The position numbers and the translations under genes were made by a program. A stretch of DNA of 60,053 bases, filler included, from Candidatus Babelota bacterium (GTDB taxonomy: Bacteria; JAGOBX01): NCBI GenBank assembly GCA_017999075.1. It is 7 parts of 7 records of this genome, joined end to end, with 100 filler letters (N's around TTAATTAATTAA, not from the genome) between each part and the next. Parts side by side here need not be neighbours in the genome. Positions count along the whole stretch, not along the records: positions 17,385 to 25,954 come from JAGOBX010000133.1; positions 26,055 to 34,571 come from JAGOBX010000134.1; 5 more parts are not named here. One strand, 5' to 3'. Position 1 is the stretch's first letter, and each line of letters begins with the position of its first letter. The notes below the pieces were generated by a model. That model saw only the letters and a list, made by a program, of their open reading frames with translations, searched no databases and was not told where the DNA came from. This document shows, one piece after another, positions 18,828-30,836 of the stretch.

Positions 18828-19448
18828 TCATATTCGGTTTTTTTTATTTTTAACCATTTTAACTTTAAAAAAATCTTCCCGTTCTTTTTCTTCAAGTGTA
18901 GATTCAAGAAATTTGATTTGTTCTTCATATTTCGGAATCAATATATAATCAAGAGCGTTAGCCCTTTTCTGCGTTTTTTTAATTTCAAAAACTAACTTTT
19001 TTACCGATGTTTCAATTTCAATTATTTTCAACGATATGCTTACAGCTGTCTTAACTTTTTTTATTAATTCATCAACCTCTGAAGTAGAATCTAAAAGGCT
19101 GATGTTCTGAGAGATATTTTTATTATCATCATTTATTACGGGAATAGAAACACCTATAATATTTTTGTTTTTCAAAAAAACATCTTTGTCTTCAACGCAG
19201 ATATTTGACAGCAAACTGACTTTAGAAGAACCGTTTGTCAACCGCGCAAATGCCGCAGCTTTAAAAACATCATTATATGCCTTAAAAAATTCTTTTTGCA
19301 TAATTTTTATTTTAGGAGCAAGAGCTGTAAGTTTATGCGTTAAAGCAATTCTTTTTTTATCAAGCAGGTTATAACCCTGTCTGGCAATTTTAATTGATTT
19401 TTTCAAATTCAATAAATTGCTTTTTGTAGGAGCAACATATTCAAACAT
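18828..19448 (-). CDS. atpD: V-type ATP synthase subunit D
   Basis: PTKSNLL, GYNLLDKKR and TQKRANALDYILIP. Confidence 0.92.
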   Translation of the reverse strand: MFEYVAPTKSNLLNLKKSIKIARQGYNLLDKKRIALTHKLTALAPKIKIMQKEFFKAYNDVFKAAAFARLTNGSSKVSLLSNICVEDKDVFLKNKNIIGVSIPVINDDNKNISQNISLLDSTSEVDELIKKVKTAVSISLKIIEIETSVKKLVFEIKKTQKRANALDYILIPKYEEQIKFLESTLEEKEREDFFKVKMVKNKKNRI

Positions 19449-19508
19449 AAAAAACTCCTGAAATCATCATCATAAAAAAAGAGTTATAATTTATTATTCC
19501 CATAATTT

Positions 19509-20903
19509 TTATAATTTAGGTTTATAATATTTTTTTAGAATACTATCAGGAATTCTTTCAAAAAGTGAAACTGGAAGTTTAGAAAATAATTCCCAAACAA
19601 TATTCAACGATTCTTCTATTGTTCTGTTTTCAGAATAAGACTGGTTAATGAACACTTGTTCAAAACTGCGTGAAAAATCAAGAATAATTTTATCAGTTTC
19701 ATTCAAACTTTCTTCACCTATTACAGCTACAAGCGACGCAATTTCCTGAGACTGAGAATACAAAGCATTTAATTGACTTGCAACTTTATCATGATCATCT
19801 CTGGTTTTCCCTTCACCTATTCCGTCTTTCATCAGGCGGGAAAGAGAAGATAAAATATTTACAGGCGGATAAATATTTTTTTTAAAAAGAGATTTACTTA
19901 ATACTATCTGCCCTTCAGTAATGTATCCAGTCATATCAGGTATAGGATGAGTAATATCATCATTCGGCATAGTAAGAATCGGAATTTGCGTTATTGAACC
20001 TGATTTGCCATGAAGCCTTCCTGCGCGTTCGTAAATCGTAGACAAATCGCTGTACAAATATCCCGGAAATCCTTTGCGCGACGGAACTTCGCCTCTGCTT
20101 GATGAAAGTTCACGGAGAGCTTCACAATAATTAGTCATATCAGTCAAAATTACTAAAACATGATAATCTTCTTCAAAAGCTAAAAATTCAGCTGTAGTCA
20201 AAGCTGACCTGGGTATCATAATCCTTTCAATTATAGGATCATTGGCAAGATTAAGAAACATAACTACTTTATTAAAAGCGCCGCTTTCTTCAAAACTATT
20301 CCTGAAATAATATGCCGTATCATTTTTAATTCCCATTGCCCCGAAAACTACTGCAAATTTATCATTTGCCTTATCAGTAATATTAGCTTGCCGCGCAATC
20401 TGAGCTGCAAGCATATTATGCGGTAATCCTTCAGTTGAAAAAATCGGAAGTTTCTGGCCTCTTATAAGAGTTGCTAAAATATCAATTGCTGAAACCCCTG
20501 TTTGTATGCAGTCTTTAGGATAACTTCTGGATACAGGATTTATAGGTTCGCCATTAACATTTTTTTTTACGGACGACAATATTTCAGGACCATCATCAAG
20601 CGGTTTACCTAGAGCATTAAACGTCCGGCCAAGCATTTCAGCTGAAACCGGAAGCTCAAATGGCTTACCGAAGAATTTTATTTTGGTCTCCGCAAGATTT
20701 AAATCTTTAGTGCCTTCAAAAACCTGAACAACCGCAAAACTATCAGTTACTTCTATAACTTTCCCAGTCCGGCGAGAATCATCGTGTAATTGAATTTGAA
20801 CTAATTCATCATATCCTACTCCGCTTATATTTTCAATAACAATAAGGTTTCCCGAAGATTTTGTAATTCCTTTATATTCTTTCAATAACATATTTTTCAC
20901 CAT
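19509..20903 (-). CDS. atpB: V-type ATP synthase subunit B
   Basis: [21 protein letters not shown] and [12 protein letters not shown]. Confidence 0.95.
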   Translation of the reverse strand: MVKNMLLKEYKGITKSSGNLIVIENISGVGYDELVQIQLHDDSRRTGKVIEVTDSFAVVQVFEGTKDLNLAETKIKFFGKPFELPVSAEMLGRTFNALGKPLDDGPEILSSVKKNVNGEPINPVSRSYPKDCIQTGVSAIDILATLIRGQKLPIFSTEGLPHNMLAAQIARQANITDKANDKFAVVFGAMGIKNDTAYYFRNSFEESGAFNKVVMFLNLANDPIIERIMIPRSALTTAEFLAFEEDYHVLVILTDMTNYCEALRELSSSRGEVPSRKGFPGYLYSDLSTIYERAGRLHGKSGSITQIPILTMPNDDITHPIPDMTGYITEGQIVLSKSLFKKNIYPPVNILSSLSRLMKDGIGEGKTRDDHDKVASQLNALYSQSQEIASLVAVIGEESLNETDKIILDFSRSFEQVFINQSYSENRTIEESLNIVWELFSKLPVSLFERIPDSILKKYYKPKL

Positions 20904-22663
20904 TTCATATTAGAAATTTCATCATCAAATTTTTTCCAAACTTCATCAATCAAATAAAGTTCATTATTCTTGACTGTACTTTTAAGTTTGAACAAAACAT
21001 CATTTATTTTTAATTTTTTCAATAAATCAAACGAAACGCCTTTTATATTTAATTCTTTTAAGACATCATAATAATGATGATATAATTTCAACATTTTATA
21101 TTGTTTTTCCATAGAACAATAAGTGTCAACTTCATCATAAGCCCCCTGCTGAAGAAAACCAGTTTTTATCAAACGCGCAAAAAAAATAATTAATTTCTGA
21201 TTGTCTGCAAGCACATCATCTCCAACAAGTTTTACAATTTGAGACAATTCATTTTCAATTTGCATTATTTCCATTGTTTTATTAACTATCTGCATCCAAT
21301 CAGGCGAAACGTTTTTTTCCCAGTATTCACTCATTTCATTATAATATTCCGAATAGCTCTCCAGCCAGTTAATAGCAGGGTAATGCCTGGCATTTGCCAG
21401 ATTGCGATCAAGCCCCCAGAAACATCTGATAAAACGTTTTGTATTCTGAGTTACAGGTTCGCTGAAATCACCGCCAGGAGGTGAAACTGCGCCTATAACA
21501 CTTATAGAACCATTTGTTTTATTAAAATTCTGAACATATCCTGCCCGTTCATAAAATTCTGCAACTCTGCTTCCAAGATACGCAGGATATCCTTCTTCGG
21601 CTGGTATTTCTTCAAGTCTTCCGGAAATTTCACGCAAAGCTTCCGCCCATCTCGAAGTAGAATCAGCCATAATTGCAACATTATATCCCATATCTCTGAA
21701 ATATTCGCCAAGTGTTATTCCTGTATATATGCTGGCTTCACGCGCGGCAACAGGCATATTTGAGGTGTTTGCTATAAGTATTGTTCTTTCCATAAGAAGT
21801 TGACCTGAACGCGGATCAATTATTTTAGGAAAATCTTCAAGCACTTCAGTCATTTCATTTCCTCTTTCTCCACAGCCAACATAAACAATAAGATCAGCAG
21901 CGCTCCATTTTGCAAGTTGATGCTGAGTCATTGTTTTACCTGTCCCGAATCCGCCTGGTATAGCAGCAGTGCCTCCTTTGGCTAACGGAAAAAACGTATC
22001 TATAACACGCTGGCCAGTAATTAAAGGTTCTGCAGGAAGCAACCTTTGTTGAACCGGCCTTGAAATGCGAATAGGCCAATTCTGAAACATTTTAATTTCC
22101 TTTATGCCATTCGAAGTTTTAACTCGAAAAATAACAGTCTCTATATTGTAAACCCCATTAGGAATGTTTTCTATAATCTCGCCACTTATACCTATCGGTA
22201 CAAGAATTTTATGAACAATCATAGATGTTTCCTGTATTTCTGCAACAATATCCCCTGATTTAACAATATCTCCTTTGATTTTAAGAATTCTTACCTCCCA
22301 TTTTTTTTTACGGTCCAAAGTAGTAGACGAAACTCCTCTTGTAAGAAATTGTCCGGAAATCTGTTCAAGTTTTTTTAAAGGTCGTAAAATTCCATCATAC
22401 ATATTTCCAACAAGCCCCGGGCCTAATTCAGCATAAAGCGGAAAATTAGTGCGGTAATAAGGTTCTCCTGGTTTCAATCCGCAAGTATCTTCATAAACCT
22501 GAATGGTAGCAATATTATTATTCAATTCAATAACTTCTCCTGTAAGTTTAAGATTACCTGCTTGAATCAATTCAAACATTTTTACGTTTACCGCATTATC
22601 CAGTTTAACAACAGGTCCGTTTACATATATAATTTTTCCATTAGGCGTCTGCATAACAATCAC
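20897..22663 (-). CDS. atpA: V-type ATP synthase subunit A
   Basis: [18 protein letters not shown] and [14 protein letters not shown]. Confidence 0.95.
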   Translation of the reverse strand: MIVMQTPNGKIIYVNGPVVKLDNAVNVKMFELIQAGNLKLTGEVIELNNNIATIQVYEDTCGLKPGEPYYRTNFPLYAELGPGLVGNMYDGILRPLKKLEQISGQFLTRGVSSTTLDRKKKWEVRILKIKGDIVKSGDIVAEIQETSMIVHKILVPIGISGEIIENIPNGVYNIETVIFRVKTSNGIKEIKMFQNWPIRISRPVQQRLLPAEPLITGQRVIDTFFPLAKGGTAAIPGGFGTGKTMTQHQLAKWSAADLIVYVGCGERGNEMTEVLEDFPKIIDPRSGQLLMERTILIANTSNMPVAAREASIYTGITLGEYFRDMGYNVAIMADSTSRWAEALREISGRLEEIPAEEGYPAYLGSRVAEFYERAGYVQNFNKTNGSISVIGAVSPPGGDFSEPVTQNTKRFIRCFWGLDRNLANARHYPAINWLESYSEYYNEMSEYWEKNVSPDWMQIVNKTMEIMQIENELSQIVKLVGDDVLADNQKLIIFFARLIKTGFLQQGAYDEVDTYCSMEKQYKMLKLYHHYYDVLKELNIKGVSFDLLKKLKINDVLFKLKSTVKNNELYLIDEVWKKFDDEISNMKW

Positions 22664-22669
22664 TTCCAG

Positions 22670-23305
22670 TTATTCATATAATTCTTTCAATATAATAAAT
22701 TTCAATTCTGTTTTTGAGGAATTCAGTCTTTCTTCAACTGTATTAGACAAAAAATAATTTTTATTCTCAGGTTTAACCATAACTCCTGCATTAGTCGTAA
22801 TATAATCATAAGATTTAATCAAATTCACTATTTTGTTATGTTCGGTAAAAAAATAATTATTAATCTTTTCCAAAAATTCAGGGGTTAAAATACATTCATC
22901 CCTTTTATCAAATATCAATATTATATCCGGTTCATCAATTTCCATTACCGCTTCAATGATCATAGCTCTTAAAATTGCAGGATATTTTTTGTTTTCTCTA
23001 ATGGTTTTCAAATCCGCATTAACCTCTTCAAAAAGATTTTCCACAAGTTCCGAAATTTTTTTCATTTTATTTTTTTTTTGTTCAAGAGTCGCCTGAAGAA
23101 TGTTTCTATTCCCCGAATTTTCAGAGTCTTTTTTAATTTGATTAAGTTTTTTCGATATATTATCTTCTATCTTTTCAATTTCTTTTTTTTCATAATCTGC
23201 CGCCCAATCCAAAGCAGATTTTATAATTTCATCACGTTTGGCTTCTGCTTCTTTCATAATATTTTTACTAATATTATTTATTTTATCATTAAATGAAACA
23301 GCCAT
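22670..23305 (-). CDS. atpE: V-type ATP synthase subunit E
   Basis: N-terminal coiled coil, C-terminal AGVMV..SNTVEERL; operon position. Confidence 0.8.
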   Translation of the reverse strand: MAVSFNDKINNISKNIMKEAEAKRDEIIKSALDWAADYEKKEIEKIEDNISKKLNQIKKDSENSGNRNILQATLEQKKNKMKKISELVENLFEEVNADLKTIRENKKYPAILRAMIIEAVMEIDEPDIILIFDKRDECILTPEFLEKINNYFFTEHNKIVNLIKSYDYITTNAGVMVKPENKNYFLSNTVEERLNSSKTELKFIILKELYE

Positions 23306-23310
23306 AATTA

Positions 23311-23622
23311 CTACACCTTCATTCCTGTAGATTGAAAAATATAATCAATAATATAATTTTCATTAAACTTGCTATTGTTTTTTTCAGGAATAACATGCAC
23401 TAATGGAAGCGCTCCTGATTTCGAATGTGTTTCAATTTTATTCCTGATAATATCAGCTATATCTGCAGAAACTATAATTAAACATAAATCAGGCGTATCC
23501 AATAGTTTTTGAAATAATAAATCAAGTGAATTTTCAGTCATAGTGTCAGGACAAACTGATTTAATTCCTGCAAAACCAAGTATATCTCCGCACTCCTGGC
23601 TTACAAACCCTATTATCTTCAT
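23311..23622 (-). CDS. atpF: V-type ATP synthase subunit F
   Basis: 103 aa with GFAGI and PLVHVIP; operon position. Confidence 0.8.
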   Translation of the reverse strand: MKIIGFVSQECGDILGFAGIKSVCPDTMTENSLDLLFQKLLDTPDLCLIIVSADIADIIRNKIETHSKSGALPLVHVIPEKNNSKFNENYIIDYIFQSTGMKV

Positions 23623-24110
23623 AATTTTGCCAATATCATAAAAGAAACTAATAATCCATAAATAGCAATTCCTTCAGCTAATCCCATATAAATCAATGTT
23701 TTCCCCAATAATCCGGGTTTTTCAGAAATTGCGCCAATGCCCGCAGCGCCAACTATGCCCGTTCCTATTCCTGCACCAATTGTCGCAAATGCCGTAGACA
23801 ACCCTGCAGCAATGAATCCAAGACCGTTCTGTATGCCTTGTCCCAATGAAATTTCTCCTAATGTTTTGGCAGGTTCAGAAACAGTTTCCGCCACAGCATT
23901 GCTTCCTGATAAAATCCATATAATTCCCGTAATAAATGAAAATAATAAAACATTAATATTTATACCAACCGCAAGTTTCCCGAAAAACATATGTTTTTTT
24001 TTCATCAAAACATCTAAAACAATTTTTTCATTTTCTAAATAGTTTAAATAAAAACCGTAACATATTGAACCGATTACAACCAAACTCAAAAATAATAATA
24101 CAATAAACAT
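23619..24110 (-). CDS. atpK: V-type ATP synthase subunit K (proteolipid)
   Basis: GAAGIGAISEKP and GLAEGIAIYGL. Confidence 0.9.
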   Translation of the reverse strand: MFIVLLFLSLVVIGSICYGFYLNYLENEKIVLDVLMKKKHMFFGKLAVGININVLLFSFITGIIWILSGSNAVAETVSEPAKTLGEISLGQGIQNGLGFIAAGLSTAFATIGAGIGTGIVGAAGIGAISEKPGLLGKTLIYMGLAEGIAIYGLLVSFMILAKL

Positions 24111-24169
24111 AACAACCTCCTAAAAATTATATTTAATTATTGCATAGTTTTATATTATATACTATATGC

Positions 24170-25954
24170 TTATGCAGTAATTTTATTGTCAACTTCAAGT
24201 TTGTCCGGATTAAAAGACACTCCATCTCCTTTATAAAACTTACTGAAAAATTCATAATATTCCAATCTCAATATTTGAATTGTAACAATCACCGATTCAA
24301 CAACTATAATTAAAACATTTCCTAATATATAAATTAAAATATCGAGATCTCTGTCATATCTTCCGACATTTATTATGTCTGCAATAATTTTCACAACAGC
24401 AAATAGTCCTACATGATTTAAAGCAAATGCTGCAATACGAACAAATGATATTGAATTGCTCAAAAAACTTAATACCACATCAAATAATTCAATAACAGAT
24501 AAAACTATATAGTTGGCTTTGTCTTCTTTAATAAAAAATTTATTATGGGAAATATAATGAGAAAGCGGTTCTTTCAGCATCATTATCATAAGCGGTATAA
24601 CCCAAATCAGAAGTATTGTTATACAAGTGATAAAATTTATTCCAAAATCTATAATTTTCAGAACCAAAAACAGACCTGCCGCAAGCGTTCCCCAATAAAA
24701 AACAATTCCGGCAACACCGTTTTTCCCAAAATATTTATTTTCATGATCTTTATTTTTATCGCAATTAATTATATTTAATATAATCCCGATTGATATAATG
24801 CAAATACCTATCAAAACTGTAATAATCATAAAATGATCAGTTGAATGAACAGGTGACAGCCACAATGGTTTGAATAACTCAAATCCAAAATATTCTCCGT
24901 ACAGCAAACCAAATATGATAGAACTTATTCCCATATACTGCATAATTTTAAATGCATTTATTTTATTTTTCTTATATATAATAAACCCGGCAAGAAAAAT
25001 TATAAATCCTTGACCAACATCTCCAAACATAAGTCCAAACATTATTAAAAAAGACACTGCAACGATTTTCGTTGGATCGTATTCGAAATATGAAGGAATT
25101 CCGTACATTTTTAAAATATCCTCAAATGGTTTAAAAAACTTCGGATTTTCTATTAAAGTAGGGACATTTACGCTTCCAGATTTATTTTCAAAATATTTTT
25201 CTGCAGGCTTTGAAAAAAACAACGCTGAATTTTCAGAAATTTTATTTATATGATAACTGAATTTTGAGTCATAATCTTCAGGTACCCATCCGTTAATCAT
25301 AACATTTTTATTAAATTTTCCAGAGCGTTCCGCTATTTCATTTATAATAACATTAGCTGCAAGGCTGTTATATATTTTTTTTATAATATCCCTGAACAAA
25401 ATATTATTATATTTTTTTTCAAGGGAATATTTTTCAAGATCGCAGTTAATCAGTTCTATATCTCCCTGCAGTTTTGATATAATCCAGCTCGGTTTATCGG
25501 CAATATCAGACGGTATATCAAGAATTTCAAAATACAATGAATTTAAAATATTAATAAATTTTTCTTTCCTTGATTTCAGATAAACCACTAAAAAATAAGA
25601 CTGATTTTCTTCTATTTTCAATTCGTGAAACAATGTATCCATATCATTCGAAAAAAGTTCTTTAAATCTAACTGCATTTAATTTGGATAATCTTCCATAA
25701 ATCATTTCAATAAAATAAAAATTGTTAAAAACTTTAATGTTGAACCGTAAATTTATACTGACAAGAAATTCAAGTTTATGTTTCAAATCTTCAATTTTTT
25801 TCAATTCATTTTTAAAAAAATTTATCTGTTTATGTATTTTCAAAACATCTTTTTCAATATTTAAAATCTGCGATTCATAACTCAAAATATTTTTATAATC
25901 AAGTTCTATTTTTGATTGTTCAAATCTGGTATCAAGTTTCAAATCAAGTATATA
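24170..25954 (-). CDS. atpI: V-type ATP synthase subunit I (5' truncated)
   Basis: YGIPSYFEYDPT, FGLMFGDVGQG, SFVRIAAFALNH and LRLEYYEFFSKFY. Confidence 0.92.
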   Translation of the reverse strand, partial: YILDLKLDTRFEQSKIELDYKNILSYESQILNIEKDVLKIHKQINFFKNELKKIEDLKHKLEFLVSINLRFNIKVFNNFYFIEMIYGRLSKLNAVRFKELFSNDMDTLFHELKIEENQSYFLVVYLKSRKEKFINILNSLYFEILDIPSDIADKPSWIISKLQGDIELINCDLEKYSLEKKYNNILFRDIIKKIYNSLAANVIINEIAERSGKFNKNVMINGWVPEDYDSKFSYHINKISENSALFFSKPAEKYFENKSGSVNVPTLIENPKFFKPFEDILKMYGIPSYFEYDPTKIVAVSFLIMFGLMFGDVGQGFIIFLAGFIIYKKNKINAFKIMQYMGISSIIFGLLYGEYFGFELFKPLWLSPVHSTDHFMIITVLIGICIISIGIILNIINCDKNKDHENKYFGKNGVAGIVFYWGTLAAGLFLVLKIIDFGINFITCITILLIWVIPLMIMMLKEPLSHYISHNKFFIKEDKANYIVLSVIELFDVVLSFLSNSISFVRIAAFALNHVGLFAVVKIIADIINVGRYDRDLDILIYILGNVLIIVVESVIVTIQILRLEYYEFFSKFYKGDGVSFNPDKLEVDNKITA

Positions 25955-26053
25955 NNNNNNNNNNNNNNNNNNNNNNNNNNNNNNNNNNNNNNNNNNNNTT
26001 AATTAATTAANNNNNNNNNNNNNNNNNNNNNNNNNNNNNNNNNNNNNNNNNNN

Positions 26054-26767
26054 NGCTTTACCTGTTTTTTTTATTGATTTAAGTATGGTATTTTTATCAA
26101 TGGGTTTTATTGTAGAAATATTTATCAATTCTGCCGAAATGCCTTTTTGTTTTAATAATTTAACGGATTGCATAGCGGAGTTCAATATGTACCCTGAAGA
26201 AATAATGGTTATATCAGAACCTTTCGAAATAATTTCCGATTTTCCGATTTTAAATTTTAAATTTAAATTTTTATGTATTGAAGGTTCGCCTGCAATTCCC
26301 AGTCTGAGATAAGCAGGTCCTTTAAAATTTACTAATTCCGATATCGTGCATTTAGTTTCAGCGGGATCAGATGGAGAAATCACTGTCATATTTGGCAAAG
26401 ACCGCATTAAAGCTATATCTTCAATAGAATGATGCGTTGGCCCAAGTAGACTGTATGAAACTCCGCCGCCCACGCCTATTATTTTAACATTAGTTTTTTG
26501 AATACACACATCTACCCTTATCTGTTCAAAGTTGCGCATTAAAACAAATGGAATTATTGTGTAACAGAACGGGATGAATCCGTTTAAAGCAAGTCCGGCA
26601 GCTACTCCTATCATATTAGCTTCGGAAACGCCTACATTAATAAATCTTTCAGGACATTCTTTTCTGAAATCGTCGAAAACTATTGCTCCGATATCAGCGG
26701 ATAACAGTATTATTTTTGAATTTTTAAATGCTTCGATTTTAAATTGTTCTATAAACGCGTTACGCAT
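26054..26767 (-). CDS. transketolase, pyrimidine-binding/C-terminal subunit (3' truncated)
   Basis: RFINVGVSEANMIGVAAG, EQIRVDVC and GPTHHSIED. Confidence 0.88.
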
Positions 26768-26774
26768 ACCATTT

Positions 26775-27968
26775 TTATAAAATACGTTCTATAATATGAA
26801 TATAAAAAGCCAGTCTTAAATAATCAACGCCTACTTTTATTATGTTGTTCAACCGCAAAGCTTTAGTTTTTCCGCCTTTCCGTTCTTTAAGCTCGATAGG
26901 AACTTCAGAAAACAGAACTCCAGAATTAAGTCTTACTGCTTTTATCAAAGTTTCTGTCTGAAAGAAAAAACTATTTGATTTTAAATCAAGTTTATCAAGT
27001 ATTTTTTTTTTATAAATTATGTTTCCATTAGTGTAGTTGAACATGGTGCCGAAAGAAATATTTATTATCATAAGGTAAATTGAAGACAGCACTCTTCTGA
27101 AAACTGACCTTACGCCGGTATTAACTGCAAAAGGTATTATTATATCAACATAATTAAGCATAAAAATATATTTTATTAATTCTTCCGGATCATTCTCTCC
27201 GTCTGCTGGAAACCATGTAAATGCTTCAAATTTAGATAATTGTATTCCTTCCCGTACGCTGTATCCCAACCCTTTATTTTTTTTATGGCGGATCAATTTT
27301 ATTTTGTCAGGATAATTTTTTTTAATAATTTCCATTATTGAATAAGTTTTGTCTGAACTTCCGTCATCAATCAGAATTAACTCCCATTTTATTTGATGTT
27401 TTTCTAAACAGTTTATTAAACCTGACGCTGAGGTTTCAATATTTAACTCTTCATTTAACGCAGGTATTACTATGGAAATTGAACATTTTTTTTCAAGTTT
27501 AGTTATTATGGAGCTGGTTGATTTTCCTTCAACCATTTCTACAGTTTTAACTTCGCCTCCGGCAGATATTACTTCTTTAGCTCCTACGATTGAATCTAAA
27601 TTGTAGTCAGCTCCTTTTACAAGAACATCAGGTTTTATCGAGTTTATAAGAGTAAGCGGCGTGTCATCATCAAAAAAAATTATGTAATTCACACAACTCA
27701 GCGCGCTTAGAACGGCAGCTCTGTCATTCTGAGAATTTATAGGCCTATCGTTTCCTTTTATGCGTTTTATTGAAGAGTCGGAATTCAATCCTATTACTAA
27801 AATTTTTCCGAATTCAGATGCTTTTTTTAAATATGAAACGTGTCCGGAATGAATTATGTCAAAACAACCGTTTGTAAAAACAATTTTTTTTCCGGCCAAC
27901 AATGTTTTTTTTAATTCTAAAAATTTTTCAACATCAATGAGTTTGTCTTGAAAATCAAATTTTGTCAT
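26775..27968 (-). CDS. rfaE2: heptose-1-phosphate adenylyltransferase (RfaE domain II) fused to GT2 glycosyltransferase
   Basis: VFTNGCFDIIHSGH...LVKGADY, followed in frame by SIVIPALNEE...IDDGSSD. Confidence 0.85.
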   Translation of the reverse strand: MTKFDFQDKLIDVEKFLELKKTLLAGKKIVFTNGCFDIIHSGHVSYLKKASEFGKILVIGLNSDSSIKRIKGNDRPINSQNDRAAVLSALSCVNYIIFFDDDTPLTLINSIKPDVLVKGADYNLDSIVGAKEVISAGGEVKTVEMVEGKSTSSIITKLEKKCSISIVIPALNEELNIETSASGLINCLEKHQIKWELILIDDGSSDKTYSIMEIIKKNYPDKIKLIRHKKNKGLGYSVREGIQLSKFEAFTWFPADGENDPEELIKYIFMLNYVDIIIPFAVNTGVRSVFRRVLSSIYLMIINISFGTMFNYTNGNIIYKKKILDKLDLKSNSFFFQTETLIKAVRLNSGVLFSEVPIELKERKGGKTKALRLNNIIKVGVDYLRLAFYIHIIERIL

Positions 27969-28039
27969 TATATATACACTCAGTGCTCCATTTGCGCGTA
28001 ATAAAATTCAATTCAAAAAAAATTGAAAAATTGAAAATT

Positions 28040-29053
28040 TTAAATAACGCTGATTATGGCATTGTTATTATAATTTTTTACAAGGCTAATCAGCTTGTTT
28101 CTTGATATTGCAGTAGCTCCAAGTTCTTTAACAACCTCTCCTGCCGCAATATTTGATAATATGGATGAACATTTGAAATCCGCGCCTGCGCTTAATGATA
28201 GAGCCATAACGCTTATAACAGTATCTCCGGCTCCAGTAACATCATATACTTCAGTTGCTTCAGTTGGAATGTTGAAAATTTCATTTTTTTGAAATAGAGA
28301 CATTCCTTCTTCGCTTCGAGTTATCAGCAGCGCATCAATATTCAAATCTTTAAGTATTTTATTTCCTGCTTTATATAAAGATTTTTCATCTGTTATAGAA
28401 ATTTTTGAACCTTCAGCAGCTTCTTTTTTGTTAGGTGTCATAATGGTGATATTTTTATAATCCATAAAATGTTCTATTTTTGGATCTACAATTACAGGAA
28501 TACCTAACGTTTTTTTTATATCCACTACCTGTTCAATAATTTTTGGTACAATAGTTCCTTTTCCATAATCTGACAATATTATAGCATCTATAGATTTTTT
28601 TTGCCGATTTATAAAATCGGCAATTTTTTCAGTTTGTTCAGGCATAATTTTTTTTTTAGATTCAACATCAACTCTGACAACCTGCTGATGCCTCGCTATA
28701 ATTCTGGTTTTAAGTATAGTCGGTCTGTTTTTATCTGTCAGTAATCCTGAAATATCTGAACCTGTTTTTTTCAGCATATTTTTTATTTTTGAACCGAAAT
28801 AATCATTCCCCACCAATCCTGAAATAACTACGTTTGCTCCAAGACTTCTGAGGTTGTTTGCGACATTTCCTGCGCCTCCCGGAGAAAACCATCTGTCTTT
28901 AACTTCTACCACAGGAACAGGAGCTTCAGGAGATATTCTTGACACTTCTCCTGTAATATACTCATCAAGTATAATATCTCCGATTATTAATATTCTGCTT
29001 TTTTCAAATTTTTCAATTATTGATAATAATTTACGTTTGAATTTAATATCCAT
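28040..29053 (-). CDS. rfaE1: D-glycero-beta-D-manno-heptose-7-phosphate kinase (RfaE domain I)
   Basis: RISPEAPVPVV, GGAGNVANN, SDYGKG and DVTGAGDTV. Confidence 0.93.
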   Translation of the reverse strand: MDIKFKRKLLSIIEKFEKSRILIIGDIILDEYITGEVSRISPEAPVPVVEVKDRWFSPGGAGNVANNLRSLGANVVISGLVGNDYFGSKIKNMLKKTGSDISGLLTDKNRPTILKTRIIARHQQVVRVDVESKKKIMPEQTEKIADFINRQKKSIDAIILSDYGKGTIVPKIIEQVVDIKKTLGIPVIVDPKIEHFMDYKNITIMTPNKKEAAEGSKISITDEKSLYKAGNKILKDLNIDALLITRSEEGMSLFQKNEIFNIPTEATEVYDVTGAGDTVISVMALSLSAGADFKCSSILSNIAAGEVVKELGATAISRNKLISLVKNYNNNAIISVI

Positions 29054-29096
29054 AATTTTTTAAAAATTAATTAAAAAATAAATAATAACGTGAAAT

Positions 29097-30674
29097 TTAG
29101 TTGTATTTCAATACAAGCATAGTAATATCATCCGCCTGATCAGCGCCGTCTGCAAATTTTAAAATGTCATTCATTACAGCCGGGCAAACCTGATCAAGTT
29201 CTATATTTTTAATTTTTTCAATTTCAGATTCCAATCTTGGTTCTGAGTATAATTCAAGAGTAGGATTAACTGCTTCTGTAACTCCGTCAGTATATAAATA
29301 AAGAGTATCACCTGATTCCAAAGTCAATTTTTCGTTGGTGAATTCATATCCTTCCCATACGCCGAGAGCAACACATTTTTTTTCATTTTTTAAATAAACA
29401 GGATTTTTTCCTTTTTTAATTAATAAAGGAGGATTGTGGCCTGCGCTTGAATAATTTATAACTCCTGTTGGAATATGCATAACCCCGCAAAACAATGTGC
29501 AGAACATTGCGTTATCATTATCTCTGCTTAATTCATTGTTAGCTTCTTCCAGGATTTTTGCAGGCATTATTGAAGCCATTGCAGTTGCTTTTATAAGGGT
29601 TTTTGTAACTGCCATAAAAAGGGCTGCCGGCACTCCTTTCCCCGAAACATCCCCTATTACAAAACAATAATAATCTTCATCTATAAAAAAGAAATCAAAC
29701 AAGTCGCCCCCAACCTCTTTAGCAGGCTGCATAAATGCTCTTAGAGAAAATTCTTTTCTGTCAGGATATTGTTTAGGCAATATCGACATTTGAATATTGT
29801 GAGCAACTTTTAATTCGCTTTGAATTCGTTCTTTGCTTGCAGTGGTTTCCCGCAAATCAATAATATATTTTTGCAAAGCATTCTGCATTGTTAAAAACGC
29901 GCCTGACAATTTGCCTACTTCATCTTTGTATTTTGACGAAAACCTGTTTAAATAATTCTGTGATGTTTCAGATAATTTAAAATCATTTGTTACAAGTTCA
30001 TTTGTGTATACTGTTAACTGATTTAATGGTTTTGATAATCTTGCTATTATTATGTAAGCAACTATAAGAGCAACTACAAATATGGCGAAACCTATAAGTA
30101 AATATTTGTTTCTTATTTGAATAAGGCGGTTTTTAACGTATCCTATGGCAAAATCCGCGCCTATAACATATTCTTTTCCTGACTGAGTTTTTCTTGGAAT
30201 AAAAACGGATCGCACAGCTCCGTTTATATCTTCGTATTCAGCGTATTCAATGTTATGAGTCAATAATGGTTTCATTACAACGCTTGTGTCAGTTTCAGTG
30301 AACTCATAAAAAAAAGGTTCGAGTTCGCCTGTTTTGATTTGTTCGTCAGTATAAATGAGAGAAGTGAAATAAATTTTTCCATTTTTATTTACATAAGTGT
30401 ATAAATAAAGAGCGTGAACGTTTTTTGAAAAATTTGTAAGCAGATAGGCTTTTTCCTTGAATTCATTGTCTGTTACTGAAGATGAATCTTCTATTTTATC
30501 ATGATAGACATCTCCCACAAAATTGAGCATGCCGTATGCAGTAGCTTTTAATACTTCGTCTATTCTGTCATATTCGGCATTTTTTGCCAGATTGTAACTG
30601 TATTGAGTGTAAATTGCGACACTTGCCGATAATATTATAAATATTAATATCACAAATTTTTGCTTAATGTTCAT
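29097..30674 (-). CDS. membrane HAMP + SpoIIE/PP2C phosphatase
   Basis: two TMs, EVGGDLFD, GDVSGKGVPAA, YTDGVTEA and DDIT. Confidence 0.9.
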   Translation of the reverse strand: MNIKQKFVILIFIILSASVAIYTQYSYNLAKNAEYDRIDEVLKATAYGMLNFVGDVYHDKIEDSSSVTDNEFKEKAYLLTNFSKNVHALYLYTYVNKNGKIYFTSLIYTDEQIKTGELEPFFYEFTETDTSVVMKPLLTHNIEYAEYEDINGAVRSVFIPRKTQSGKEYVIGADFAIGYVKNRLIQIRNKYLLIGFAIFVVALIVAYIIIARLSKPLNQLTVYTNELVTNDFKLSETSQNYLNRFSSKYKDEVGKLSGAFLTMQNALQKYIIDLRETTASKERIQSELKVAHNIQMSILPKQYPDRKEFSLRAFMQPAKEVGGDLFDFFFIDEDYYCFVIGDVSGKGVPAALFMAVTKTLIKATAMASIMPAKILEEANNELSRDNDNAMFCTLFCGVMHIPTGVINYSSAGHNPPLLIKKGKNPVYLKNEKKCVALGVWEGYEFTNEKLTLESGDTLYLYTDGVTEAVNPTLELYSEPRLESEIEKIKNIELDQVCPAVMNDILKFADGADQADDITMLVLKYN

Positions 30675-30836
30675 TATTATATTATCTCCTTAAAAAAGAA
30701 AAAAGGTTTAAAATATATTATAATACTAAATTCGTATGTCAAGAAAATTCTGTTGACAATGGATTGAAGATGACTATAATAAATTAGTTCATTTTTATAA
30801 ATATCGTTCGGTAAACCGGGAAAATAAATTTTAAAT

